A DNA stretch of 64,000 nucleotides from an uncultured delta proteobacterium (lineage in GTDB: Bacteria > Myxococcota > Kuafuiibacteriia > Kuafuiibacteriales > Kuafuiibacteriaceae), in assembly GCA_963803435.1 (NCBI GenBank), contig CAWDML010000001.1:128001-192000 (forward strand), written 5' to 3'. The notes below the pieces were generated by a model. That model searched no databases and was not told where the DNA came from. It was given only the letters and a program-made list of their open reading frames with translations. Position 1 is the first letter of the stretch, and each line of letters begins with the position of its first letter. Of this stretch, positions 10,032 through 19,545 are shown one piece after another. Made by a program: the position numbers and the translations under genes.

Positions 10032-11621
10032 ATGAGAATCGACGAGATCGAGCGCGCCATCAAGCAACTGGACGACGGCGGCTGCACGAACGAGCCGCTC
10101 CCCGTCGCGGTGGCGGACGCGATTCTGGAGTCGCGGATCGTCTCCGTCGATCAGCTCGCCGAGGCGACCGGTGAAGCGAACGCGGCGGCGCTTCGACTCT
10201 TCGCCGAGGTGGGACTCGCCCAGCTCGGCGTGCACATGAGCCCGGGCGACGATCTGCGCGGCCACCTCGAGCGTTTCCGCCGGGAGCAGCGCGAGGGTCA
10301 GCTGGCTCGGGTCTCTCCGGAGCCCCTCGAGCAGTGGAGCTCGGCGATGGTGCGCCGCGCGATCCAGATGCTCGGCCGGCCGCTGCTCGCCGACGCGATC
10401 CGCGAGAGCTACCTCGACGCCGCGCGCGCCGGTCTGGCCTCGGCGGACGCGATAAAGCAGCGGTTCGCCGATCTGATCGACGACGGGGTCGACATCCTCC
10501 GGGCCAAGTACCAGGGCGTAGAGGCCGCCACCACGGGTCGGGCAACCCGGGGCGGCCTGGTGTTCCTCAAGGCCCGCGTCGACGACGGCACCTACAACAT
10601 GGACCGCTACCTCGCGTGGTCCCGCGAGCAGTACCTCATCGCGATGTACGGTCGCACGGTGCGGACGAAGCTGGCGGTGGATCTGGCGGCCGACGTCGAC
10701 CTCGAGTCGGTCACCGAGGACGACATGGCCCGCGGGCGGGTCCGAGATCTCCTCATCGATCCCAAGCACATCTGGCCCGAGGATCTCCCGCTGATCGACG
10801 AAGCCACGGCGCGCGGGCTGATCTCCAAGGTCGAGCGCGACGAGGCCCTGCGCGCCGCCATGTTCCATCAGTTCGAGCAGGGCGCCGCCGGCAATCCGAT
10901 CGCGGTCGAGCTCGAGCTGGCGCTCGGCTTCCTGGAGTGGTCGCAACCCTCCTTGCGCGAAGCACGCCGGCGCGGTGTCGAGCTCGAGCTGCGCCTGCTC
11001 CGAGAAGGTCGCAAGATCTCGGCCGAGCAGATGGAGTACCTCGAGGCTTCGGTGGTCCGCGGCCTCCTCTCCCGCGAGGAGCTCGATCCGATCCGGACGG
11101 CCGTCTACCTCGAGCTGCGCTACGGGCCGGCGGCACGCCCCGAAGCCGCCGAGCTGCTGCGAGGCTACTCGAACGACGCCGTCTGGCTCGAGCGACTCCC
11201 GACCGAGAAGCCGTGCTGGGTCGGAGACGTGGATCTCGGCACTCGCCTCCGCGGCATGCTCGGCGCTCAGGCCACGGCGTTTCGCGCGGTGGCCGAGGCG
11301 ATCATCGATTGGCTCCCCCTCGCCGCGGAGCCCGGCGAGGCGCTGCCCGCGTTCGACCGGCTGGTCGCCGCGTTCGAAGCGCCCGACACCCCCAACCCGC
11401 ACCGCGCCCTCGAGAGCCTCCGCACGCTCCCGGTCGAGGTGGTGCGGATCGGCTTGGCGCGCGCGCGCCCAATCCTGCGCGACCTCCCGCCGCCGTCTCA
11501 CCCGCTGCCGCCGAGGATCGAGCGACCGGCACGGCTCGTGCGGCGGTCGCAGTCCTGGCCGCGGCCGCGGATCGAGCGGCGGCTGGTGCCGCGGAGCCCG
11601 TCGGTCGAGGGTCGCTCGTAA
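10032..11621 (+). CDS. Hypothetical alpha-helical protein
   Basis: Long ORF with host-like codon usage; GAAGGAG RBS before ATG 10032; no family recognised. Confidence 0.6.
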   Translation: MRIDEIERAIKQLDDGGCTNEPLPVAVADAILESRIVSVDQLAEATGEANAAALRLFAEVGLAQLGVHMSPGDDLRGHLERFRREQREGQLARVSPEPLEQWSSAMVRRAIQMLGRPLLADAIRESYLDAARAGLASADAIKQRFADLIDDGVDILRAKYQGVEAATTGRATRGGLVFLKARVDDGTYNMDRYLAWSREQYLIAMYGRTVRTKLAVDLAADVDLESVTEDDMARGRVRDLLIDPKHIWPEDLPLIDEATARGLISKVERDEALRAAMFHQFEQGAAGNPIAVELELALGFLEWSQPSLREARRRGVELELRLLREGRKISAEQMEYLEASVVRGLLSREELDPIRTAVYLELRYGPAARPEAAELLRGYSNDAVWLERLPTEKPCWVGDVDLGTRLRGMLGAQATAFRAVAEAIIDWLPLAAEPGEALPAFDRLVAAFEAPDTPNPHRALESLRTLPVEVVRIGLARARPILRDLPPPSHPLPPRIERPARLVRRSQSWPRPRIERRLVPRSPSVEGRS

Positions 11622-11637
11622 CCTGGGCGCGACCGTC

Positions 11638-12156
11638 TCAGCGGGGGAACACCAACGCGTAGACGGAGCGATCGCCGGTCAGCTCGGGGTGAAAGGTCGC
11701 GGCCGTCATTCCGGCCTGGCGCACCATGATCGGCTCGCCGGCGAGCGTGTCGAGGGTCTCGACGCGGGGGCCGGCGCGGCGGATCCGCGGGGCCCGGATG
11801 AAGATCAGCGGGCGCCCGCCGTCGGAGGTCGTCTCGAACGACTCGATCTGCGCGCCGTACGCGTTCCGCTCGACGGAGACGTCGAGGAGCTCGTAGCGCG
11901 CGAGCAGGATCAGGCCCGCGCAGGTGGCGAGCACCGGACGGGAGGCGAGCGCGTCGTGCAGGGCGGGCTCGAGGCCGGCGCGCGCGATCAGCTTGGCCTG
12001 GGCGGTGCTCTCCCCTCCGCACAGGATCAGGCCTTCGCTCCGGTCGAGCGCATCGCGATCCCGCACCTCGATCGGCTCGTGACCAACCGCGGCGAGGGCT
12101 GCCAGGTGCGGGCGAAAGCCGCCTTGCAGTGCGAGCACTCCGATCCGCATCACCAA
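11638..12156 (-). CDS. pdxT: PLP synthase glutaminase subunit
   Basis: [37 protein letters not shown]. Confidence 0.93.
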   Translation of the reverse strand: MVMRIGVLALQGGFRPHLAALAAVGHEPIEVRDRDALDRSEGLILCGGESTAQAKLIARAGLEPALHDALASRPVLATCAGLILLARYELLDVSVERNAYGAQIESFETTSDGGRPLIFIRAPRIRRAGPRVETLDTLAGEPIMVRQAGMTAATFHPELTGDRSVYALVFPR

Positions 12157-13029
12157 CCTCGGATCGCGAACCGCTCCTCGGGAGCGATCTCCGAGAGCGC
12201 GACGCTCGGCATCGCTCGACCGAGCCCGCGGGACAGCTCGACGAGGCGCTTCGGCTCACGCCAGTGGGTGGTCGCGCCGACGATCGCCCGGGCGCGCGCC
12301 GGCGGATCCTCGGAGAGGAAGATGCCGCTGCCGACGAAGACCGACTCTGCGCCGAGGGCCATGCACAGCGCGGCGTCGGCGGGCGTGGCGATCCCGCCGG
12401 CGGCGAAGTTCGGCACCGGGAGGCGCCCCTCGCCGGCCACGCGACGCACCAGCTCGATCGGCGCGCCCAGCAGCTTGGCCTCGGCGAACAGCTCGTCCTC
12501 CTCGAGGACGCCCAGCCGGCGGATCTGCGCCCGCATCTTTCGCAGGTGGCGGACCGCCTCCACCACGTTGCCCGTGCCGGCCTCGCCCTTGGTCCGGATC
12601 ATCGACGCACCCTCTGCCGATCCGGCGGAGCGCCTCACCGAGATCGACCGCGCCGCAGACGAAGGGCACCGCGAAGGCGTGTTTGTCGACGTGGTGCTCC
12701 TCGTCCGCCGGGGTGAGCACCTCGCTCTCGTCGATGAAGTCCACCTCGAGCGCCTCCAGGATGCGCGCCTCCATGAAGTGTCCGATCCGGCACTTCGCCA
12801 TCACCGGGATGGAGACGGCATGCTTGATGGCCTCGATCTTCCCCGGGTCGGCCGCGCGCGCGACCCCGCCCTCCTTGCGGATCTGCGCCGGGACCCGCTC
12901 GAGCGCCATCACCGCGACCGCGCCTGCGTCCTCCGCGATGCGCGCCTGCTCGGCGTCGATCACGTCCATGATCGCGCCGCCGGCGAGCATCTCGGCCAGC
13001 CCTACCTTCGTCTTGTTCGTCGCTTTCAT
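12150..13029 (-). CDS. pdxS: PLP synthase lyase subunit; +1 frameshift near 12615-12618 (probable sequence error)
   Basis: N-part ([41 protein letters not shown]) and C-part ([35 protein letters not shown]) are in different frames. Confidence 0.9.
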
Positions 13030-14556
13030 CAGATCACCTCCAGCGCCGGTCTTCCCGGCGCGCGTGCCTTGCTCTCGGACAGAAGCGCGTCGAGCGCGCG
13101 TCCCAGGCGCTTCGCGCCCTCCTGGATCCTCCGCGGCGGCTCGGCGCAGAACGTGAGTCGCAGCCCTCCGGCCGCCCCGCCACCGTGACCGGAGATCGCG
13201 TTGAGGGTGCTGGGTGCGACCAGCACGCCCTCGCGCTCCGCAGCCTCGAAGGCGGCACCGGGCGGGATGTCGTCGGGGAGCTGGATGAACAGCGCAAGGC
13301 CGGCGCGCGGCGGATGAAACGAGACCTCGCGAGGGAGGTGCTTCTCCAGCGCAGTCGCCAGCGCATCGCGCCTCCGCCGGTACTCGGCGCGCACGCGCTC
13401 GAGATGCGCGGGCAGATAGCCGCGCTCCAGGAACTCGGCGAGCGCGTACTGCAGCAGCGCCGACGTGCCCAGATCCATCGTGTGCTTGAGCGAGGTGAAG
13501 CGCGGTCCGACCGCCTCGGGGTGGAGCAGGTAGCCCACGCGGAGCGCCGGGATCAGCTTCTTCGAGAAGCTGCCCACGTGGAGGACCTCGCCATCGAGCG
13601 AGCGGAGCGTGGCGGGTTGTGGTGCGTCGTCGAGCCAGAGATCCGTGACGTACGCGTCCTCGATCAGCGGCACGCCCGCTCGCCGGGACCAGCCGATCAG
13701 CGCACGCCGCCGCCCGATCGAGATGGTGCCTCCCGTCGGGTTCTGCGCGTCCGGCATGAGGTAGAGCGCCTTGGCCCCGGCCCGCGAGAGCCGCTCGAGC
13801 GCCGCCGGATCCGGACCCTCGAGGTCGCTCGGGACGCCCACCAGCCTCGCGCCCGCCGCGGTGAAGACGTTGAGCGCGCCCGAATACGTGGCCGCGTCGG
13901 CGAGCACGGTCTCCTCCGGATTCACCAGACCCCGTGCGATGACGTCGATCGCCTGCTGGCTGCCGGTGGTCACGAGGATCTCCTCGGCCCGCGCCGGCAC
14001 GCCCTGCCGCATCAGGTCGGCTGCGATCGCCTCCCGCAACCGAGATACGCCCTCGCGCGGCGAGTAACCGAGCGCGCGCGCCTCGATCGTTTGAAGCACG
14101 TGCGTCATGCACCGCCGGAAGAGCTCGACCGGGAGCAGGTCTGCAGGCGGCTGCATCCGCGTGAGGTTGATACCGTCGCGACCGCTGGTCCTTCGCGTCA
14201 GCCGATTCGAGCCGGGTCAGCGGCTCGGCGTCCGCCGCCCGCGACATCAGCGACGACCACGGGATCCCGCCGTGCTCCGCTTCGGGCGACGCCGGCGCCG
14301 GCCGCGCCGAGTGTGCGCGGACGAAGGTGCCGCGTCCGACCGTGGACTCGATGAACCCGCCCTCCTCGAGGGCCTCGTACGCCCGCACCACCGTGTTGCG
14401 ATGAACGCCGAGTCGATCGGCGAGCGCGCGTGAGGGCGGCAGTCGGAAGCCCGTGGAGAACGCACCGTTTTTGATGCGCTCGACCACCTGATCGAAGATC
14501 TGCTGGTAGAAGGGGCCGCCGCCGGCCCGAAGCTCGATCGCGAGAGATTGGTCCAT
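13029..14556 (-). CDS. MocR/GntR-family PLP-dependent regulator (PdxR-like); +1 frameshift at 14206-14207
   Basis: w[27 protein letters not shown] plus aminotransferase domain ([26 protein letters not shown]); directly upstream of pdxST. Confidence 0.88.
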
Positions 14557-14656
14557 TTGGTCTACCTCATTGCCCGGTCGAGCGTGAGGATAGCAGCCTC
14601 AGCTGCCGGTTGAAGAGCTAAGCCTCAAAATTGGACCGTACCAAACAGACCAAATG
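14548..14656. promoter_or_regulatory. Putative MocR operator between the divergent pdxR-like gene and msrB
   Basis: AGACCAAATG at 14647-14656 and its reverse complement at 14554-14563; several more GACCAA/TTGGAC half-sites in an AT-richer spacer. Confidence 0.4.
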
Positions 14657-14722
14657 AGGCTCAAAGGAGGATCCAACCCCGATTCGTAACTCGGGCAGCT
14701 GGTGCCGCATACTCTCGGGCAG

Positions 14723-15211
14723 ATGCGATCGGCCCTCCTCTTCGTCCTCCTCGCCGCCTGCACCACCTCGAGCGGACCCAAGGCCGAGCCGACGGCGACC
14801 TATCCCGTCCAGAAGTCGGACGCCGAGTGGAAGGAGGCGCTCACGCCCGAGGCCTATCACGTGCTCCGCGAGGCCGGCACGGAGCGGGCCTTCAGCGGCA
14901 AGTACTGGAACCATCACGAAGAGGGCGTGTACGTGTGCGCGGCCTGCCGCCAGAAGCTCTTCGACTCGAAGACCAAGTTCGAGAGCGGAACCGGATGGCC
15001 GAGCTTCTACGAGCCCATCGATCCCAAGGCGGTCGAGGAACGATCCGACACCAGCTTGATGATGACCCGCACCGAGGTCCGCTGCAGCCGCTGCGGCGGG
15101 CACCTCGGTCACGTGTTCGACGACGGCCCCAAGCCGACGGGCCTTCGCTACTGCATCAACTCGGGTGCCCTCCTCTTCGAGCCGCGAGACCGCCAGCAGG
15201 GAGCGAACTAG
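14723..15211 (+). CDS. msrB: Peptide-methionine (R)-S-oxide reductase, lipoprotein type
   Basis: GTERAF, KFESGTGWPSF, GHLGHVFDDGP, RYCINS; lipobox LAAC. Confidence 0.95.
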   Translation: MRSALLFVLLAACTTSSGPKAEPTATYPVQKSDAEWKEALTPEAYHVLREAGTERAFSGKYWNHHEEGVYVCAACRQKLFDSKTKFESGTGWPSFYEPIDPKAVEERSDTSLMMTRTEVRCSRCGGHLGHVFDDGPKPTGLRYCINSGALLFEPRDRQQGAN

Positions 15212-15235
15212 GAGACTTGCTCGGCTCGCCGCTTA

Positions 15236-15395
15236 GAGCCGGTCCGAAACCTCCGGACCGTTCCGCGTTTCCTGTTTCGCTCGTTCTGCTCATTCGCTAT
15301 TCAAAGCGGCCGTTGTTGCATCGTGCTCGATCGAACAGCGAATGACAGAACGCCGAAACAGCAAACTGCGAACGGAACGGTTTCTGGACCGGCTC
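15236..15395. mobile_element. 160-bp MITE-like long hairpin with TTA target duplication
   Basis: Ends GAGCCGGTCC...GGACCGGCTC; TTA on both sides (15233-15235, 15396-15398); imperfect arm pairing continues for about 70 bp. Confidence 0.7.
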
Positions 15396-16703
15396 TTAGC
15401 GACCAGCTGTCCCTGTCGACCAGACGGCGCCGGCGCCGGTGTAGATGACCACGTTGCCGTCGTCCTGGATCGCCAGCGTGCCGGCGCCGCGGCCGCTGGT
15501 TCCGCTCGACCAGAGCGGGACGCCGCCGGGGGCGTAGAGCACCAGGTTGCCGTCGCCCTGCATCGCGAGCACCTGGCTGGCGCGACCGCTCGTGCGCGAG
15601 TCCCAGAGCGGTTGCGCGTTGCGGTGGTTGTAGAGCACCACGTTGCCGTCGCCCTGGTGCGCGAAGAGGTAGCGGCCGTTGCAGGACCAGATCGCCTGGT
15701 TCACGCCCAGGCCGGCGTCCGTCCCCAGGGAGCCGCATCCGGGCGTGCCCGCGTTCGAGGTGTCGGTGGACCAGACCGCCCGGAGCCCGGCGGCGTAGAC
15801 GACCAGATTGCCGTCATCTTGCACCACCGCCACAGCGTTGTTCTGCCCGCTGGTGTTGCTCGACCAGAGCGGAGTACCGGCGGCCGAGTAGAGCACCAGG
15901 TTTCCGTCGCCCTGGATGATCAGCGCGGCGGTGGCCTGCCCGTAGGTGCCGGTGGACCAGACCGGTGCGCCCGAGGCCGCGTTGTAGAGGACCACGTTCC
16001 CGTCGGTCTGATGTTGAAGCGTGTAGGCGCCGTTGCACGCGGGCATGGACTGTCCGGCGGCGAGAACCTCGTTCGGTCCGAAGATGCCGCACCCATGCTG
16101 GGGCGCCGTGGGCGGAGTCGACGGCGGCGGGGGCGGCGGCGGCGGCGCCGCCGAGCACGCGGTCGGGCTGGTGGCCACCAGCAGCTGGAAGGGATTGATG
16201 TCGTTGTAGTAGCCGCCGTCGGGAGAGACGTTGAAGTGAACGTGCACGCCGGACGTGCCCGAGTTGCCCATGGACCCGATCAGCTGTCCCGCGTGGACGG
16301 ACTGGCCCGATTGGACGGACGCCCCGTCGAGATGGCCGTAGTAGTACTCCCAGCCACATCGATCCCTCAGGCGTACCCGGAGCCCCGAGGTCGAACTCGG
16401 GACACCGACCGCGACGATCGTCCCGTCCGCCACCGCGACCAGCGGCGCGCCACGCCGGGCGAACACGTCGACGCCGTGGTGCGCACCGCCCCAATCCGAG
16501 TTCGCGTGGACGTCGGGACACGAGACCTGACAGGTCCCCGTGCCGCACGACGCGGCGTCGTAGCCGATGTTGTGCGGCTCGGCGACCGGAAACACCGACA
16601 TCTGAGGCCCACACGTGACGGCATCGGACAACGTCGTAGTCGGGTCTTCAGGTCCACCGCAGGCCGCGATCGAGAGTGAGCAGAGGAGCAGCGTGCATCG
16701 CAT
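15396..16703 (-). CDS. Lipoprotein: M23 peptidase plus two bulb-type lectin domains
   Basis: Lipobox IAAC, HHGVD, YYYGHL, HVH; Pro linker; repeated QxDGNxVxY motifs. Confidence 0.88.
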   Translation of the reverse strand: MRCTLLLCSLSIAACGGPEDPTTTLSDAVTCGPQMSVFPVAEPHNIGYDAASCGTGTCQVSCPDVHANSDWGGAHHGVDVFARRGAPLVAVADGTIVAVGVPSSTSGLRVRLRDRCGWEYYYGHLDGASVQSGQSVHAGQLIGSMGNSGTSGVHVHFNVSPDGGYYNDINPFQLLVATSPTACSAAPPPPPPPPSTPPTAPQHGCGIFGPNEVLAAGQSMPACNGAYTLQHQTDGNVVLYNAASGAPVWSTGTYGQATAALIIQGDGNLVLYSAAGTPLWSSNTSGQNNAVAVVQDDGNLVVYAAGLRAVWSTDTSNAGTPGCGSLGTDAGLGVNQAIWSCNGRYLFAHQGDGNVVLYNHRNAQPLWDSRTSGRASQVLAMQGDGNLVLYAPGGVPLWSSGTSGRGAGTLAIQDDGNVVIYTGAGAVWSTGTAGR

Positions 16704-16747
16704 CGTGCCGTCGTACTCCGCCTCCGGGACATCCCTCCGGTTAATCT

Positions 16748-18535
16748 ATGGTTAAATCGATCGGGTTGCGCGGGGACGAGCCCAGGCGAGGATGGCGGGG
16801 CTCGGAGCGCTTCGCGCGTGTCTTCATCTCTGCCAAGACCGCCGCCGATCCCGAGCTTCATCGGCGCGCGTCTGTGGTGCTCCTGTTCTCACTGCTGATC
16901 GTGCTGTGCGCCCCCGGGTTCGTGGCGGTCGCCTTCTACGCCTATGAGGTCCCCGTAGTCGGCGTCATCTCGATCGGTGCCGCGCTGATCGCCGCTGCGA
17001 CGCCGATCGTTCTCAAGGTCACGGACTCCGTCCCGATCGCCGCCGGACTGCTCACCTTCGCGATCGTCCTCAACGTGGCGCTCGCCGTCGGCGCGGCCGA
17101 GGGGCTGACGTCGCCCGCGCTCGCCTGGCTCGCGCTCATCCCGATCTTCGCGATCGCGACCGCCGGTCGCCGCGCCGGCGTCGCGTGGTCGCTTCTATCC
17201 ATCCTGACCGTGGGCGCGCTCGCGTTCATGACGGTGTTCGGCTGGCTCCCGGACCACGAGATGCCGCTGCCCGCGCGCCAGAGCGCCGCCGCCTGGAATA
17301 CGGTCTTGCTGGTGGTGCTCGTGGGTGGGTTCATGCTCCTCCACGAGGGCCTTCGCGAACGATCGGAGGCCGCGCTCCGGAAGAAACAGATCGAGCTCGA
17401 CGAGGCCCGCCAGCGGCAGGCCGACGCCGATCGGCTGGCCTCGATCGGAACGCTCGCCGCAGGTGTCGGGCACGAGATCAACAACCCGCTCACGTACGTC
17501 CTCGGCAACCTGAGGGAGCTCAGAGCGCAGCTCGATCCGAAGCAGACGGCGAAACCGAGCTCGGAGATGCTCCCGGAGTGGCGGCGCGCGGTCGACGAGT
17601 CGATCGAAGGCGCCAGCCGAGTCGCGGAGATCGTCGGCGACCTGCGCGCGTTCGCCCGTACCGAGGACGAGGGCGAGCGCTCCGCCGATCCAGTGGCGGC
17701 CGTACGGTCCGCCCTCCGGATCACGGCGCCTCACTGGCGGGCGCGGACACGCCTCTTCGACGAGCTCGAGGCCCTGCCGCCGGTGGTGGGCCCCGCGTCA
17801 AAGCTCATCCGCGTGCTCGTCGATCTGATCACGCGCGCGGTCGCGGCGATGCCCGAACGTCCGGCTGAAGAGAACGAGATCAGAGTCCGAGCCGGGCGCG
17901 CCGGTGAGCAGGTGGAGATCCTCGTCGAGGACAACGGCGACCCAATCTCTCCGGACGCGATGGTTCGCCTGTTCGAGCCGTTCTTCACCTCGAAGCCGCT
18001 GGGCGGCCTCCCGGGCATCGGTCTCGGAGTCACCCGAGCGAACGTCGAAGCCGCCGGCGGACGCCTGGACGCGAAGAGCACGCCCGGCCGAGGAACCGTG
18101 TTCACCGTGGTGCTGCCGCTCTCGGAGCGCCCGGCCGAACCCGCCGAGCCGCCGCCGCTCCGGGATCACGCGAGGAAAGAGCGAATCCTCATCATCGAAG
18201 ACGACCTCCTGGTGGCGAAGGTGGTGCGCCGGCTCCTGCGCCGGCGCGGGGAGGTCGTGGTCGAGACGTCTGGAGAACGTGCGCTCCGGCTCCTGGAGGA
18301 CGAGCACTTCGACTGGATCCTCTGCGACATCATGCTCCCGGGAATCACGGGGCTTCAGCTCTACGCGAAGCTCCAGGCCTCACGCCCGGAGCTCGCCGAG
18401 CGGGTGGCGTTCATGAGCGGCGGCGCGCTCGCCCCGGAAACGAACCGCTTCCTCGAACAGATGCGCGATCGCTGGATCGAGAAGCCGTTCGCGCCCGGGG
18501 CGCTCGAAGCGCTGGCCGAGCGCATGCGGCGGTGA
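16748..18535 (+). CDS. Membrane hybrid histidine kinase/receiver
   Basis: About 6 TM helices, HEINNPL, FEPFFTSK, GIGLG, receiver ILIIEDD...CDIMLP...KP. Confidence 0.88.
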   Translation: MVKSIGLRGDEPRRGWRGSERFARVFISAKTAADPELHRRASVVLLFSLLIVLCAPGFVAVAFYAYEVPVVGVISIGAALIAAATPIVLKVTDSVPIAAGLLTFAIVLNVALAVGAAEGLTSPALAWLALIPIFAIATAGRRAGVAWSLLSILTVGALAFMTVFGWLPDHEMPLPARQSAAAWNTVLLVVLVGGFMLLHEGLRERSEAALRKKQIELDEARQRQADADRLASIGTLAAGVGHEINNPLTYVLGNLRELRAQLDPKQTAKPSSEMLPEWRRAVDESIEGASRVAEIVGDLRAFARTEDEGERSADPVAAVRSALRITAPHWRARTRLFDELEALPPVVGPASKLIRVLVDLITRAVAAMPERPAEENEIRVRAGRAGEQVEILVEDNGDPISPDAMVRLFEPFFTSKPLGGLPGIGLGVTRANVEAAGGRLDAKSTPGRGTVFTVVLPLSERPAEPAEPPPLRDHARKERILIIEDDLLVAKVVRRLLRRRGEVVVETSGERALRLLEDEHFDWILCDIMLPGITGLQLYAKLQASRPELAERVAFMSGGALAPETNRFLEQMRDRWIEKPFAPGALEALAERMRR

Positions 18536-18537
18536 GC

Positions 18538-19545
18538 TCACGCCACGATCCGCGCCCGCTGCAGCGCGAGTGGGACCTCGTCGCCGATCGACCGGGGCGT
18601 CCCGACGTCGCCGTCGATCACGAACAGCTCGCCGGCAGCCGTATCGAGCGTGTACTCCATGTGGTCTCCCAGGTAGGTGGCCTTCGTGACGCGCGCCGCG
18701 ATCGGGCCGTCGCCCAGCTTCACCTCGACCGGGCGAACCGAGATCTTGACGGCTCCGTCCGGCGCGTCGATCGCCATGGTGTCGGCGCCCGCCAGGTACA
18801 ACCGGCCGCCGCGCACCTCACCGGTCAATACGTTGCTGTCGCCGATGAACCGCGCCACGAACTCGGTCTCGGGGCGCTCGTAGAGATCCTTCGGCCGGCC
18901 GCGCTGCACGATCACGGCGCGATCCATCAGGATGATCTCGTCGGAGACCGACAGCGCCTCGTCTTGATCGTGCGTGACGTAGACGGCCGAGAAGCCGAGC
19001 TGCTGCTGGAGCGCGCGGATGTCCTGCCGCATCTTGCGGCGCAGTCGCGCGTCGAGGTTCGACAGCGGCTCGTCGAAGAGGAGCACCTTGGGCTCGACGA
19101 CCAGCGCTCGCGCCACCGCCACGCGCTGCTGCTGGCCGCCGGAGAGCTCGCTCGGGAGCCGCCCGCCGAAGCCCTCGAGCCCGACCGTGGCCAGGCCCTC
19201 CTCCGCGCGGCGGTGGGCCTCCTCCTTGGGCCGCCGGGCCACCCGCAGCCCGTAGGCGACGTTCTCGAGCACGGACAGGTGCGGGAACAACGCGTACGAC
19301 TGGAACACCATCGTGACGTCGCGCTCGGTGGCCGGCAGGCGGGTGACGTCCCTGCCGGCGATCAGGATCCGGCCCTCGGACGCCATCTCCAGGCCCGCGA
19401 TCATCCGCAGCGTCGTGGTCTTGCCGCAGCCTGACGGTCCGAGCAGCGTGACCAGCTGACCCTCGGCGATCTCGAAGGAGATCGAGCGCACCGCGGTGAC
19501 CTCGCCGTAGCGCTTGCTGACGTTCTCGAAGACGACGGCGGTCAT
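18538..19545 (-). CDS. ABC transporter ATP-binding protein (FbpC/AfuC type)
   Basis: GPSGCGKTT, LSGGQQQR, FDEPLSNLD. Confidence 0.93.
   Translation of the reverse strand: MTAVVFENVSKRYGEVTAVRSISFEIAEGQLVTLLGPSGCGKTTTLRMIAGLEMASEGRILIAGRDVTRLPATERDVTMVFQSYALFPHLSVLENVAYGLRVARRPKEEAHRRAEEGLATVGLEGFGGRLPSELSGGQQQRVAVARALVVEPKVLLFDEPLSNLDARLRRKMRQDIRALQQQLGFSAVYVTHDQDEALSVSDEIILMDRAVIVQRGRPKDLYERPETEFVARFIGDSNVLTGEVRGGRLYLAGADTMAIDAPDGAVKISVRPVEVKLGDGPIAARVTKATYLGDHMEYTLDTAAGELFVIDGDVGTPRSIGDEVPLALQRARIVA

Noticed and set aside
8295-11501. 1068-aa minus-strand ORF and similar long shadow ORFs (e.g. 24723-26813, 38062-40560)
   Set aside because: Antisense or off-frame to well-supported genes, Arg/Gly/Pro-rich, typical high-GC artefacts
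12256-14556. 766-aa apparent GntR-PdxS fusion
   Set aside because: Produced by two frameshifts joining the frames of separate genes
12150-14556. True pseudogenisation or programmed frameshifting of pdxS and its regulator
   Set aside because: Single-base shifts, no slippery run, no other decay; sequence error is more likely
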